Positions 1 to 12,690 of a DNA stretch of 64,000 nt are shown piece by piece. The position numbers were made by a program, and so were the translations under genes. Source of the DNA: Callorhinchus milii (taxonomy: Eukaryota); assembly GCF_018977255.1 (NCBI RefSeq), contig NW_024704742.1, forward strand, positions 125,180,001-125,244,000, written 5' to 3'. The stretch's first letter is position 1; each line of letters begins with the position of its first letter. Under the pieces are notes generated by a model. The model worked only from the letters and a program-made list of their open reading frames with translations, had not been told where the DNA came from and did not search any database.

Positions 1-224
1 AGCTAATTGTACTGACAGGAGGAAAATCACTTCTTCATTTTCTCTTCGGATAAAAGTTATTAAAGTTAAAAATGTCTGCAATCAATCACAGAAATCTTAT
101 TCTGCTTTCATATGTATTTCAGTGAATATCCTTGATGAGAGTTCCTAAAATAGTCAGGATTTAAGGAAGTATCAATATCTAATTCTTATTTTTAACCTAC
201 CTCCAGCAATAATTTTAAAATTGT

Positions 225-625
225 TTGGTCACTTCATGGCTGTTCGTGGTACGTTGTGTTTAAATTGGTTACCACATTCACCTACAAAAAGTCACACCAC
301 TTTACAGTAAAGCGCTTCGGGGGATCTCAAAGATATGATAAGGCATTATATCAAATGCAAGGATTATTATAGCCTTTGAAGTACTTTAATACATCCTTCT
401 GGCATGAAACAATAATAAATTGGTCATTTCAATCCACGACTGTTTGTGGGACACTACTGTGCACAATTGGCCTCCACATTTCGCCCACAAATATACAGTC
501 AATTCACTTTACAGACTATTCTGAGAAGCGCTTTGAGAGATCTAGAAGATGTGAAAAGCGCTGTATCAAATGCAAGGAATATTATTATTATTATTATGAA
601 AGGCGTTATATCAAATATAAGGATT
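225..625 (+). mobile_element. Two adjacent SINE 3' halves: an older Deu-type tail (~225-370) and a CORE-like SINE 3' half (~408-597), plus an extra tail fragment
   Basis: Contains the motif aattggtcatttcaatccacgactgtttgtgggacac...tatcaaatgcaagga(tat)n, which is shared with many copies in the window. Confidence 0.85.
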
Positions 626-1599
626 TGATCGTCATAGTTTTGTTTATTAAACAAGTTTAAAATCTGAAGACAAAGGTAATAATAAAAACTGATGTGTCCA
701 TGTGATTCATTTTGGCTTTACTTTCCATTATATGTGCATGTCAATGGCAATCACTTTAACTTTTGCATGGTCAATTTTTGTTTCATATCTTTTACCTTGG
801 GAATTTTGCTTCTGAAGAAAAGGGTTACTTAGTCCATTAGCTGATCCACTTTTATGATGATAAATCCCTTGGTGTGCAGTCATGACAGGAATTACTTCGC
901 TCTAATGAGTAATAAACGTGGATAAGTCATATGTCTCTGCGGATTACTTTGCCCGAAATTACATTTGGAAGATGGCTAATTGTCTAAAATTTATACAAAT
1001 TCAATACAAATTTCATTGCTGTTAATTGCTTTTTCATGTTTTGCTACATTAAGAATATTCAAATGCATTTGTCATAGCACTCTAGTGTATATGTAATGTA
1101 TGATTTTAACAGTAGTTGCCATCTTATGTAAGTGTCTGAGCTATTGCAAAAAGAACACAAACACTAAATCATATTGACTTCATACAGTATACTCAACATG
1201 AAATGATTGTGTTTTACAAATGACAATGGTAGGTCCACTGTATATTTTACTGTAAGTCATTTGTAATACAGAATGTCTTAAGTTTCAACTTTTAGTACAT
1301 CGGAACTTCAAAGAGAGATACAGAAATACATTGTATTTCTTAGATTAGCTCAGTTAATGCTTTAAACAGAATATGTCACCGGTTGCAACAACTGCACAGA
1401 GTTTATTTTAACAACGTCATGCTAAACTGGTGGTTATGCCAAGGCCCTGTTTAATGTATCCAACAAAATATAAACAGAGATGTGACATTAATATGACAAA
1501 CCTCATAAGACTACTTTGAATGCTTAAAGACAGATTTTTCATGAAACCAACTCATCTGTTTCTTGGGAACGTTGTGGTACATTAAACAACAATTTAAGG

Positions 1600-1724
1600 G
1601 CTTCTTCTCAATGGGCTATTGGGTTAGGGTTATAGCACTAAACTATATGGAGCAGAAGATTACAGGATTGATTCCCAATCAGTTAACTGATCCCAGCAAG
1701 GGTAGTAGTTAGGAGTCTACAGTT
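1600..1724 (+). mobile_element. Fragment of an old unnamed SINE-like interspersed repeat (same family as 19165-19620)
   Basis: agttaactgatcccagcaagggtagtagttaggagtctacagttg aligns with 19228-19278. Confidence 0.5.
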
Positions 1725-1726
1725 GT

Positions 1727-2110
1727 CAGCCTGGTTCAATTGGTAACACTCTGAATCAGAAGGTTGTGGGTTCATGCCCCATGATGGGACATTGAAGTCA
1801 CATGTCTAGGCTGATACTCAAATGCAGTGCTGAGGACATGCTGTACTATTGGAAGTGCTGTCCTTTGGATTAGACATTAAACTGAACTCCCGTCTGCTGT
1901 TCAGGTACGTTCTAAGAATCCCATACTATTATTCAAAATAGAAGGGTCTTTCTTCTGGTGTCCTGGAAAATAATACCCAAAGGAAATTGGTTACTCAATT
2001 CATGGCTGTTTAGGGAACATTGTTATGTGCAAAATAACAATTGCAAATGCCTACAAAATACACATTCACTACACTTTACAGTATATCCTGTGAAGTGCTT
2101 TGAGATACCC
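1727..2110 (+). mobile_element. Deu-domain SINE (SacSINE1/AmnSINE1-like), near full length, diverged
   Basis: tRNA-like head (cagcctggttcaattggtaacactc...ggttgtgggttca), Deu core (gtgctgtcctttggattagacattaaactg...ctggtgtcctgg), L2-type 3' end. Confidence 0.8.
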
Positions 2111-2123
2111 TCTTAACATATAT

Positions 2124-2322
2124 AGCAACAAATTGCATTTATATAGTGTATTTCATGTTGGGAGAACATCCCAAGGTGCTTGACAGTTGAGGGATGGTTT
2201 GCATCTGAGCTGGGGTTTGGATTCAGGAGGGGTGGGGGACAGGGGGTTGGAGTAGGGAGGGGAAGAAGACCAAAGGCACAATCAATGATGAAGATTTTGA
2301 ATGGATCTTGAAAGAGGCAAGG
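2124..2322 (-). mobile_element. L2 LINE 3' end fragment
   Basis: Reverse complement shows the L2 C-terminal/3'UTR pattern and tail (tataaatgcaatttgttgc). Confidence 0.75.
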
Positions 2323-5190
2323 TGGGGTCTCCTGGACCCCACCATTACCTCCCTCTGCTCCATCTGGGCATCCTCTGCCAGACCCAATGGGGCTTCCGTC
2401 ATTGGTTGTCCCAGAGCAGCCACCTCAACTGTTCCATTGCTCACTCTCTCCGCACCAACCGCCTCCGAAAGGGAAACACCCCTTCCCCCTCCCTCCCTAA
2501 CTCTTCCTGCTCCTCAAAACCATGGTCATTTCGCCCCCAGGATCCCAAATCCTCTCTGTACTACTTTCCCCATCTCTACCCCCCACCAGCAAACCTATCC
2601 GCATTCCCCTCCAAAATGTCTGCTCCCTCTCCAATAAAGCCCTTACTATCCATGACCTTATCCTGGATGACTAAATCAATATTCTTGGGCTTACAGAAAC
2701 CTGACGCTCCACCCGTCCCCCTCGTTGAAGTCTCTTCTCCTGCCTACACTTTTCAACACACACACCCCAGCCCCCAACCAACGTGGCGGAGGGGTGGCCC
2801 TCATCTTCCAAGCTTCCCTTGTTCTATCCCCATATTTCTCTGGCTGTTTCTCCTCCTTTGAGCACCTCACCCTCTACCATCCCTCCTCTCTCTCCCTCAA
2901 AATCCTCATAGTTTACCAGTTCCCACAAACCTCCTGGCTCCTTCCTTACTGATATCTCCTTGCTCCTCTCATCCTCCGCCCCTGGAAAAAACTTTCCCCT
3001 GAGTCCTTCACAAATGCCCTCTCTTCATCAGACCTCCTCTCCCTCTGGTCCTCCACCTGCAGCGATGCTGATGCAGCCATCAAGCTGCTGAGTGACTGTC
3101 TCTCCACAACTTTTAATTCCCTGGCTCCCCTGAAATCCAGGGTTGTTTCCAAATCCACCCACTCCCCCTGGTATAACAGTCATCTCCGCTTATTCAAAAC
3201 ACAAGCCCAGAATCTTGAGCGCAGATGGCAGAAATCCGGCCTCACAATTCACCGCCAGGTGTGGCTAGAGCACCTGCGCACCTACCGCCTCTCCCTGTCA
3301 CAAACCAAAACTGACTTTTACTCCAAAGTCATCCTGGAGGCAAACAACAATCCAAAGACGCTGTTTTCCACCATCCATCGTCTCCATGCACCCCTTCAAG
3401 CCCCCTCTATCCTCACTTCAAATGTCAAGTGTGAAGAGGTCCTTCACCTCAAAAATTTAAAACATCCACTTGGCTGCATCGTCCTCCCCCCACATGTCCC
3501 CTTCCACCCCATCCAGACCATTCACACCACCTTCTCCTTCCACCAAGGCTCCTGCCACTTCCCCCTCCTTACACTCCTTTGCCCCCATTTCTCCCTCCTC
3601 CCTCTCAACCCGGATGAAGTTCACCACCTGCTGCCTCGACCCCTTCACCACCCAGCTGCCAGTTCCTCAACTCCCCCTTATCACCCCCCTGCTGGCCAAC
3701 ACGGTCAACCAGTCTCTCTCCTGAGGTTCTGTTCCACTCCCTCTGAAAATCGTTGAAATCACACTGCTCTTGAAAAAACCCACCCTCGATCCCTCTATTC
3801 TCTTACACTACCATCCCATCTCCAACTTACCCTTCCTTTCCAAAGTCCTGGAATGCATTATTGCAGATCAACTTCAGTCACACCTCTCCCTCCAGTCCCT
3901 CCTCGAGCCCCTGCGGTCTGTTTTTTGCCCTGCCCACAGAACAGAGACAGCGCTTGTCAAAGTCACAAACGACATTCTCCCTATCTGTAACCAGAGCTCC
4001 CTCTGCCTCCTCGTCCTCCTGGATCTCTCTGCCACGTTTGACACAGTTGACCACGCCATCCTCCTCCACCACCTCTCCTCCCTCATCCACCTTAGTGGGA
4101 CTGCACTCGTATGGTTTGAGTCCTACTTAACCAACCACCTCCATTTCATCTCAGCAAATAGTTTGTCCTCCGCCCCCTCCCTGGCACCTGCGGTGTACCC
4201 CAGGGCTCCATCCTTGGCCCTTTACCTTTCCTTATCTATATGTTCCCTCTGGGTGATGTCATCCACAGACACAGGGTAAACTTCCACATGTATGCGGATG
4301 ACACAAGAATCTATTTTGCCTCCTCCAGTACCAACTCCAGGTCCACCAATGTTGTATCAGCTTGCCTTCAGCTCCCCTCTCGACTCTCTTCCCCCTCCTC
4401 GCTCCCTCCCTTCCCTCCCTTCACCCTGACCATTTTCCCCCCTCCTCGCTTCCTCCCTTCCCTCCCCTCACCCTGACCATTTCCCCCTGCTCGGGTCCTG
4501 ACCCAACTGTGCAGCGCCTTGGGACGTCCTCCTGACGTGAAAGGCGCTTTATAAATGGAATCTTGTTGTATTTGTTGTTGTATCAGCTTGTCTGGCAGAC
4601 AGCAGGGTCTGGATGAGTGCAAACTTCCTGCAGCTGAATATGGACAAGACAGAAGCCATACTCTTTGGCTCCGGTGAATATCTTCACCCCTGTGGATCTA
4701 ATCTCCTGAACGCCCCTGGGCTCTCCCTCAGACTCATCAAACCAGTGTGCAATCTGGATTTACGGTTCGACCCTCAGCTATCCTTCCTCCCCACATCTGA
4801 TCCTTGACCAGGACTGCCCTCCTCCACCTCCGCCACATTGCCCGCCTCCAAATGTACCTTACCTTAAATGCAGCCAAAACTCTCGTGCATGCGTTTGTCA
4901 CCTCTCGCATGGATTACTCAAACGCACTCCTCGCCGGTCTCCCCAGCTCCACCATTCACCAGATCCAGCTCATTCAAAACTCTGCTGTCCACATGCTGAC
5001 CCGGACGAAACTCCATACCCACATCTCACCAGTTCTGTCCAGGCTCCACTGACTCCCCATCACCAAGCGGATCAACTTCAAGATCCTCACACTCGTGTTC
5101 AAATCCATTTAATACCTGGCATCTCCCTACCTCTCCGAACACCTCACTCCCCAATCCACCACCCAGCACCTCCGCTCGACTAGCACTAGT
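2323..5190 (+). mobile_element. Degraded, nearly full-length L2 LINE: APE endonuclease plus reverse transcriptase pseudo-ORF, 3' end missing
   Basis: Endonuclease remnants LQNVCSLSNK...ILGLTET and RGGGVALI; RT motifs [61 protein letters not shown]; many stops and frameshifts. Confidence 0.93.
4365..4575 (+). mobile_element. Young 5'-truncated L2 3' end inserted into the older L2, with a 15-bp target-site duplication
   Basis: tgttgtatcagcttg occurs at both 4350-4364 and 4576-4590; terminal ~80 nt nearly identical to 11318-11400 and to the reverse complement of 35535-35620. Confidence 0.92.
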
Positions 5191-5212
5191 TTTTTAGAAC
5201 AAATCAAAATAG

Positions 5213-5792
5213 GCCATAAGATATAGGAGCAGGAATAGGTCAATTGGCCCCTCGAGTCTGCCCCGTCATTTAGTAAGATCATGGCTGATCTTCTAACCTA
5301 ATTCCATTTACCCACCCTATCCCCTTATCCCTTAATCCCTCTATCCTTTAGAAATCTATCAAGCTCAGTCTTGAATACAGCTTTCTGGGGTAGAGAATTT
5401 CACAAATTCATACTCTCTGAGTGAAGAAATGTTTCCTCAACTCAGTTCGAAAAGGCTGACCCTTAATCTTGAGACTATAACCTCTAGTTTTAGATTCTCC
5501 AACCAGGGGAAACAGTCTCACGGCATCTACCCTGTCAAGACCCTTAAGAATCGCATAGATTTCTATAAGATCACCTCTAATTCTTCTATATTCTAGAGAA
5601 TAAAGGCCTAGTTTACTCAACCTATCCTCATAGGTCAACCCCCTCATCCCAGGAACCACCTAATGAATCTACGCTGCATTCCTTCTAAGGTGAGTATTTC
5701 TTAAATAAGGAGACCAATACTGCACACAATATTCTAGGTGCGGTCTCACCAAGGCCTTATACAGCTGCAGCAAGACGTCCCTACTCTTGTAC
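5213..5792 (-). mobile_element. CR1 LINE 3' fragment
   Basis: ORF 5408-5659 (PGMRGLTYEDRLSKLGLYSLEYRRIRGDLIE...FFTQRV) is a CR1 ORF2 C-terminus; homologous to 30025-30866. Confidence 0.92.
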
Positions 5793-6139
5793 TAAAGGAC
5801 AGTTGAGAGTCAAACAAGTGGTGCTCTCCTCTGCAAACAAATTGTCTGTTGACCATAAATAAAGTTCTAACTTGCAGGTTTGTCTACACTGTCTTTTGCT
5901 TGTTTTGTATTTTAGAACAAATCAAAATAGATCGAATGTGAAACTATTTTTACCAGAATTGTACTGTCAATCATATACACAAGGCTAGAAATTCCTTACA
6001 CAGCAGTGTATGAAGAAACCAAATCCCTCAAATTCTGCGTGGTGTTCCAGAGAATGGGGGCAGAATGGCTGAATGGCCCGTCTACTGATAGTAGAGTGGA
6101 TTTGTCGGGGAACATGAATCAGGCTAGTGCTCGGTGAAT

Positions 6140-6295
6140 GAAAGGAATTGTGTGGCACACTGTTGAGTGCAAATTGGCTGCCACATTCACCTACAAAATA
6201 CACAGCCACTCCACTTTATAGTATATCATGTGAAGCACTTTGAGACGCCTTACAAACTAAAAGGAACTATATCAAATGTAAGGATTATTATTGTT
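6140..6295 (+). mobile_element. Deu-type SINE 3' tail
   Basis: gtgcaaattggctgccacattcacctac...gtgaagcactttgagac...tatcaaatgtaaggattattatt. Confidence 0.75.
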
Positions 6296-8761
6296 ACTCC
6301 ATTTACAAGGAATATGTTTCAACGGAATTACTCTTTTCATGCAACTAAACAAAACAAAGCATCCATTACTGCTCATGTCCAGGAAACACTTGGAGCCTAT
6401 CTTTGTTGGTCTGCACAGAGCAATAAAGTATGCAGATGTACTGTAAAGTCTACAGAAAGTGATCCACCCAGTCATAAAGCATATTGCCTCTGCCCTGCTT
6501 AATGACTAAATGTCTTGATTAGACTTTTGAGAGAATGCAGCATACTTTGAATTACAGGGACTCTGAAATAGGATCAATACCAAGAAAACAAAATTTTGGG
6601 TTCCACTGATGCTTTATTGTACTGCTATTTTGTTCATTTAATCAACCTCTTTTTCAGTAACATTTAGACAGCCAGTCAGCGTCTGATGTGGTGAGACTCT
6701 TTATACAGATTATAGCCATGAGCATTATGATTGTCTGAAGGTGTGTGGAGAACAGAGGGAAGAGAAAGCCAAAAAAAACTTCAACCTATATCTCCCAAGC
6801 TTGTAAAAAAAAGATTTGACATTGTCTGTCCAAAGTAAATAATCATTAAACAAGAAAACTGACTGATTTGAGACATTATGAGAAAAAAAATAAACTTTCC
6901 TTAATAACATGCTAACATAACATGAGTTGGACTATAAACAAATCCACAGTGAAGCTCTTTGGGACGTCCTCCTGATGTGAAAGGCACTATAACAAATACA
7001 AGGATTATTATTATTATCACCATTCGGTCGGAGGGAGTTGTAGGTTCACTCCAGTTATAAGAACAGTAGTAGGCTTTCAGCCCATTTTGCCTGTTCCCTC
7101 ACTTAGCAACTAAAACCTTTGCTGAGATTAAGTTGAGTGATAATTGCTGTTGATAAAAAGGAAAGATAATTCAATTTGTGGCCAAAGGCACCATTAACGA
7201 GCCTACAAACACATAGTCACTACATTTGACAATAGCTGTGAAGTGCTCCGAGATGTTTTGACGTTATAGGTGTTATGTCAAATCAAGAATTACTGATGGG
7301 ATCTGAGCTGGACAAAACTATTTTCAACTGATGTAACATAACTGTGTTTGGATATTTCAAGTAAATAGTATTAACTAATGTATTAGATTTGTATGAAAAT
7401 ACACTAAAAGGAATAATTTATTTGAGACAGGTTACTTATTCTCCCAACAAACAGTAGCTTTGTTTATACATTTTCTTTCTCTTGAATGCACCTATCAGTA
7501 TGGAATCATTCATAGACTTGGTTGAGCAGACAAGCCACCAGGGATAGTGAAATGCAGCCCATATCTACTTTCGCTGTCCTATTGTAGTTGAAAACATTAA
7601 TTTTCAGCAGTGAGATGGAAAATTCTCATTCAGTGGCCAGGCACTGTCACATCATACAACTGTCAGACAAAATTAATGCAGTCAGAAACAATACTGTAAT
7701 ACGAGTCTGAGTTCAGAACATACGTCTTCACATGGTACTATTGAAAGGTCTTTATCGTAGGTCTTTCTGAAAGTAAAAAGAATTTGAGCTTTGTAGCATC
7801 AACTGGTGTCCTCCTCCCAACTAAGGCTATTGCCCCCATCTGGAAAGGCTATTTGATATGGTATGTAATATTGTTTGATTAATCTATGTGAAAGGAGACT
7901 TTTTCCTCACATGTAAATCCCTCCGTGGCCTCACCCCACCCAACCGTTCAGTGATCACTGGCCTGCTTTTGTAGAAACCATCCTCAGTAGGCAAGCTTTC
8001 AGCATCCCTGTCCCTGTTCTCTGGAACTCCATCCCAGAGTCTCTCTAACCCTCCTTCTCACCAGCATCGTGTGAAGCGTTTTGAGACATCGTCCTGACAT
8101 GAAAGTCCGATATAAATGTAAAATTGTTATTGCTGTTTCCCTCTTCTCCCATTTAAAAATGCAAGTATTATTATTTTTATTATTATTTAACAATTGTCCC
8201 AAACAATGAAGCAGATGTTGAAGTTCAACATTGTTTACTTGCTTATTGATACTTGACTCAGTCACACCTTATTTAGTCCCCACACCCTATCACTAGGCTC
8301 TGTGTCCTGTGCTAATCCCATTCACTCTCTGTCTGCTGGCAACCTTTACCAATTATCAAATTCAGTTTTCTATTTTGTCTCGGTCAGCCTTAATTACAAG
8401 GACATTTCACTACATTTATATCCATCAGGCTTTGTTCATTCATATAACATGGTCGGTATTCATCTCAGTTGCTGTCAGTCCAGTCTGTTGCTATGCTGTT
8501 GATTATGGTGTTTTGACTGCTTTGAACAATGATGTCTTAAATTCAGAGTAAGATATTCCTCTCCCTCAAAGTACAACAATCATGAAAATCTGCAGTTAGA
8601 ATGAATATTCCCATTAAAAGAGTCTATTCACATCAATACACTTAAGAATTAAGTTTACATTGTTGCTAATCTCGTTGTTCTGTGGTTATGACCACCAGTG
8701 CTCATAATCTCAATATTGAACAAAAGTAGTAATCAAAACTGATAATTCACATATTATCTCA

Positions 8762-9302
8762 ATATTATAATAATAATCCTTGCTTTTGATATAGTGCCTT
8801 ATCATGCCTTCAAGATGTCTCAGAACGCTTCACAGAATATACTGTAAAGAGTGAAAACAAAAACAGAAGTCGCTGGGAACACTCAGCAGGTCAGACAGCA
8901 TCTATGGAGAAAGGAAAGAGAGTCAACGTTTCAGGTCCTCGACCCTTGTCAAAACCCGAAACGTTGATTCACTTTCCTTTCTCCATTGATGCTGCCTGGC
9001 CTGCTGAGTGTTCCCAACAACTTCTGTTTTTGTTTTCAGTTTTCCAGCATCTGCAGTATTTTGTGTTTTGTTTTATACCAATGTGTATATTTGTGGGTGA
9101 AACGTGGCAGCCAATTGTGCACAGCAATGTCCCACAAACAGTCATGGATTGAGTGACCAAATTTTTAAAAAGAATTTTGAAGGGATTATTATCCTTTCAA
9201 AGCGATCTGCCAATCGAGTAACAACTGGGTTCCTACTTACTGTTGAGTGAACAGAGGCATGTGGAGTAAGGAAACATGCCCAACGTTTTGCCCTGCCAGG
9301 AT
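8762..9302 (-). mobile_element. tRNA-derived CORE-like SINE (long form, head missing), interrupted by a Penelope-type palindrome
   Basis: (TAA)n tail at ~8762; body matches 23297-23658 and 38491-38842. Confidence 0.85.
8852..9075. mobile_element. Penelope-like terminal-repeat palindrome (non-autonomous)
   Basis: Inverted arms of ~84 bp at 8852-8935 and 8956-9038; motif cgaaacgttga...gatgctgcctggcctgctgagtgttcc recalled as typical of fish/shark Penelope ends. Confidence 0.75.
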
Positions 9303-10185
9303 TAATATTAATAACAAAAATAATAATAATCCTTGCATTTGACATAGCACCTTATCTAATTGTTGAGATGTTTGAAAGTGCTTCACAGTATATTATATTA
9401 TTGTGTATTATTAAATACATAGTCAAGTGTATTGACTGTGTATTTAATAATCAGCAAGAATAATCTGGTGCTCCAGAATTCAGTTTTCAGATATGCTTAT
9501 AAAATTCTGCTTGTGTCTAAACCAGAATAACCAGAATATCTAAATGGTAGTAAATTCCAGGCCTTTTTCAAGTGGATGAATGATTTTAATACTTGGCAAT
9601 TGTAAATTATCAGCCTTTCCTAGTTGATGCATCTGCTGTGTGACTGGTACGATAGCACTGTCCTCTTTTACATTTATCGATTCAGTGCTTGACACAGGCA
9701 ACTATATCCCAAGGTTAAAGGACAGAAAACCTATCTGAATTACAGACACTGAAGATGGTGCCAGCTCAGTATTGAAACGCTTTAAATCCTTAAATACTGC
9801 AGTTCACCTTTTTCAAGGTAACTGATCAGCTGCTCCTTGGGTCCTTATATTTTCACCAAATGTTCATAAAAGCCTTTGAGCTGTAAATCAATGAGACATG
9901 GCTGTGTATAAATTGGTTGCCGCGTTCGCCTACATAACACAATCAGAATACGTTACATTACATCCTGCAAAGCACTTTGAGACATCCTCCCAAAATGAAA
10001 AACACTAGGTCAAATGTAAAAACTATGATATTATTATTATTATATTATTGAAGGAGTGTTGCTGAACTTGCCTAGGTCTACTTGTGTGGGTGGCTAGTGT
10101 TTGACATTACATATTCTGTCAATCCAAAGAGCTCTGTTGAAGGACTTCATTCCACTTCATGCTGTACTAATGCAACACCAGATCT

Positions 10186-10412
10186 CGGAACATAGGAACA
10201 AGAGTAGGCCGTTCAACCCTTTGAGCCTGTTCCACCATTTAATTAGATCACAGCTGATCTAAACCTCAACTAATCCTTTCAATTCCCGTTTCCCACTTTC
10301 TCCCAATATCCCTTAATACCCTGACTTAACAAAAATTTATCAACCTCACTCTTCAATGCGTGAATGGATCCAGCATTCACAGCCTTTTGCGGGAGAGAAT
10401 TACAGATCTCTG
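10186..10412 (-). mobile_element. CR1 LINE 3' end fragment
   Basis: ggaacataggaacaagagtaggccgttcaaccctttgagcctgttccaccatttaattagatc, homologous to 5213-5400. Confidence 0.8.
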
Positions 10413-10974
10413 GAGTGTTTCAGTAGGATAAGTTGATGGCATTTTTAAGATAAATGAACTACTGATCAAACTTGGCTCTCGCTTTCAAGCTCCAGGGGAG
10501 GTGGCCCAGGGACAAAGTCATTTCGTGACTGAGGCTTTGTTTTATTCAGCTGAACTTGTTCATTACTAATGAGGTGAGGGGAGTACGGCAAACTGCTCTG
10601 CCAGGTTGCATATATCATCTGCTTAGACTAAGTCTGTAAAACATTTAGAGCTGATAGATGGGAATGTGAGACCTTGAGGTACAGTGTGCTGCATCAACCA
10701 ATCAATAACTACGTTCTAACAGTATACGGGCCAGGTTACAGCTTTGGTTTTCCCTATTATCGATGTGAAACCAATCACTACAATGAGCCTCCAAACTCCA
10801 TCAGTCAATGGAGACAATTCATCTTTTTTTCCTCCACTTTAAATTTGGACTGAACAGAAATTCTATTGTTTGGATATTCTTAAAGTCAATTCCAACCAGT
10901 TATATTTAAAGGAGTCTGGTTCAAAATAAAAAACTTAATAAATATCTAACTTAATAAATAAATAAATAATAAAT

Positions 10975-11450
10975 AATAATAGTTGTGTTCAGATTTGATA
11001 TAGTGCCTATAACATTGAAACATCTCAAGTAACTTCCCAGAACTACTGTTAAGTGTAGTGACCATATATTTGTAGATTTTTGCAGTATCTGATTTGTGCA
11101 AAGGAATATCTCACAAATAGGAGATGAATGATCAAGTTTTTGGAGGATTGTTGGCCTGAACACCAGGAGAAACTCTTATCTCTTTTTGGAGCGTGTCATG
11201 GGTTCTTTAGCTTCCCCCTCTCGACTCTCTTCCCCCTTCTCGCTCCCTCCCATCCCTCCCCTCACCCTGACCATTTCCCCCCTCCTCGCTCCCTCCCCTC
11301 ACCCTGATCATTTCCCCCCTGCTCGGGTCATGACCCAACTGTGCAGCGCCTTGGGACGTCCTCCTGACGTGAAAGGCGCTTTATAAATGGAATCTTGTTG
11401 TTGTTGTTGTTCCACCTGTCCAGACAGGGAGGACCTTGTCTTAATGTCAC
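10975..11450 (-). mobile_element. Deu-domain SINE fragment interrupted by a young L2 3' end
   Basis: Deu motif catgggttctttagc|ttccacctg is split by the insertion. Confidence 0.75.
11212..11410 (+). mobile_element. Young 5'-truncated L2 3' end with (TTG)n tail
   Basis: Near-identical to 4365-4575 and to the reverse complement of 35520-35725; possible 4-bp TSD ttcc. Confidence 0.9.
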
Positions 11451-11880
11451 AAGATCACAAATCACAAAATTGGTTTGGATGAAGAAGGTTCTTCAGCCAT
11501 TTGATCTCATCCCTCCAAAATATCCACCCTACTGTCCTCCCATCACAGTATTAAGCTGCTTTTTAAGAGTCCAGTGGTGGCCTCAACCAACCAGCAATCT
11601 GTTTCAGTTGTTAATTACCCACTAAGTAAAGAGAAACCTCTTGGTATCTGTGTTTGCAACCTCCGTCCTCTTGTTCTACTGTTTTGGTGAATCCTAAAGT
11701 ATTTTTATCCGCTTACTTTTTCAACGCCATTGAAAATTTTTACGTCTCTATGATATCCCCTCTGAGTTGTCTTCTCTCAAGAGCCCCAGCTTGCCTAATT
11801 GTTGTTCAAAGCTCACTCCTCTCACACTGGGAATCATCCTTGTTGCTCCCCTCTGCACTGGTCTAGGGCCTGTCTATCCA
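11448..11880 (-). mobile_element. Old CR1-type LINE 3' fragment, second CR1 family (also at 31855-32820, 46655-46960, 50095-50215, 51315-51500)
   Basis: Tail cacaagatcaca, motif ccatttgatctcatccc, and a remnant of the FFTxRVINxWN motif on the minus strand. Confidence 0.7.
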
Positions 11881-12281
11881 AAGGGCAAGAATCACAAAAG
11901 AATTCACCAGTGTGAGAACTGCAGGCTCATAAAGTGACCCTCTGGAACTCCACTCAAATGCCCATTGCACTTCTGCTACTGTGAAGCTGGATTATACCCA
12001 AAGAAAGCTCCTACTTCTTGGCAGGAGATCAGTATCTGGTCAGATTTCAAATCCTATGAAGTAATACTGCAAAATTAACCCATTTCCTCGCTTTTGAAGA
12101 AGCAATTTCATATCTTGAAATGAAACACAGCCTACGTAAGTGACATTTGAGCAGATTTGCCTTGCTCACACATCTGGGTACCTGCAGTTATTAATCTGTT
12201 AGCAACTCGCACAAATTAGAACGCAATAGTTTTTTTTAATAGATTCGCTTCAGAAAAAAAAATAAGCTTTTCAACCATGCT

Positions 12282-12690
12282 ATAATAATAATCCTTAAAT
12301 CTGATATAGCACCTTTATCCTCAGGTAACTGCCCCCAAAGCACTTCACAGGACTTTAGAGTAAAGTGGAGTGACTTTGTGGTTTGTGGGTGAAAATGACA
12401 GCAAAGTTGCATACAATGTCCCAACCATGGAGTGAATGACCAATTTTATTTGGGGGATTGTTGGAGAGGACACTGGGAGAAATTCCTTTCTCTTTTGGAA
12501 TAGTGGCATGGGATCTTTAACGTCCACCTGAACAGGAAGATAGGGCCTCAATTTATCATGTCATCCAAAGTAAAGCACCTTCCACAATACAGCACTGTAT
12601 TGGAGTGTAATTGTAGACTATATAAATTCCAAGTCCTGATGTGGGGTTTGAACCCACAACCTTCTGGCTCAGAGTGAGCCAGGCTGCCAC
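12282..12690 (-). mobile_element. Deu-domain SINE, near full length
   Basis: Tail, Deu core (ggcatgggatctttaacgtccacctgaacagg) and head (tttgaacccacaaccttctggctcagagtgagccaggctg). Confidence 0.85.

Noticed and set aside
376..660. Recurrent small ORFs ending [13 protein letters not shown] (also 13819, 32049, 38401, 59764) as a peptide family
   Set aside because: These are translations of the SINE 3' end and its (TAT)n tail
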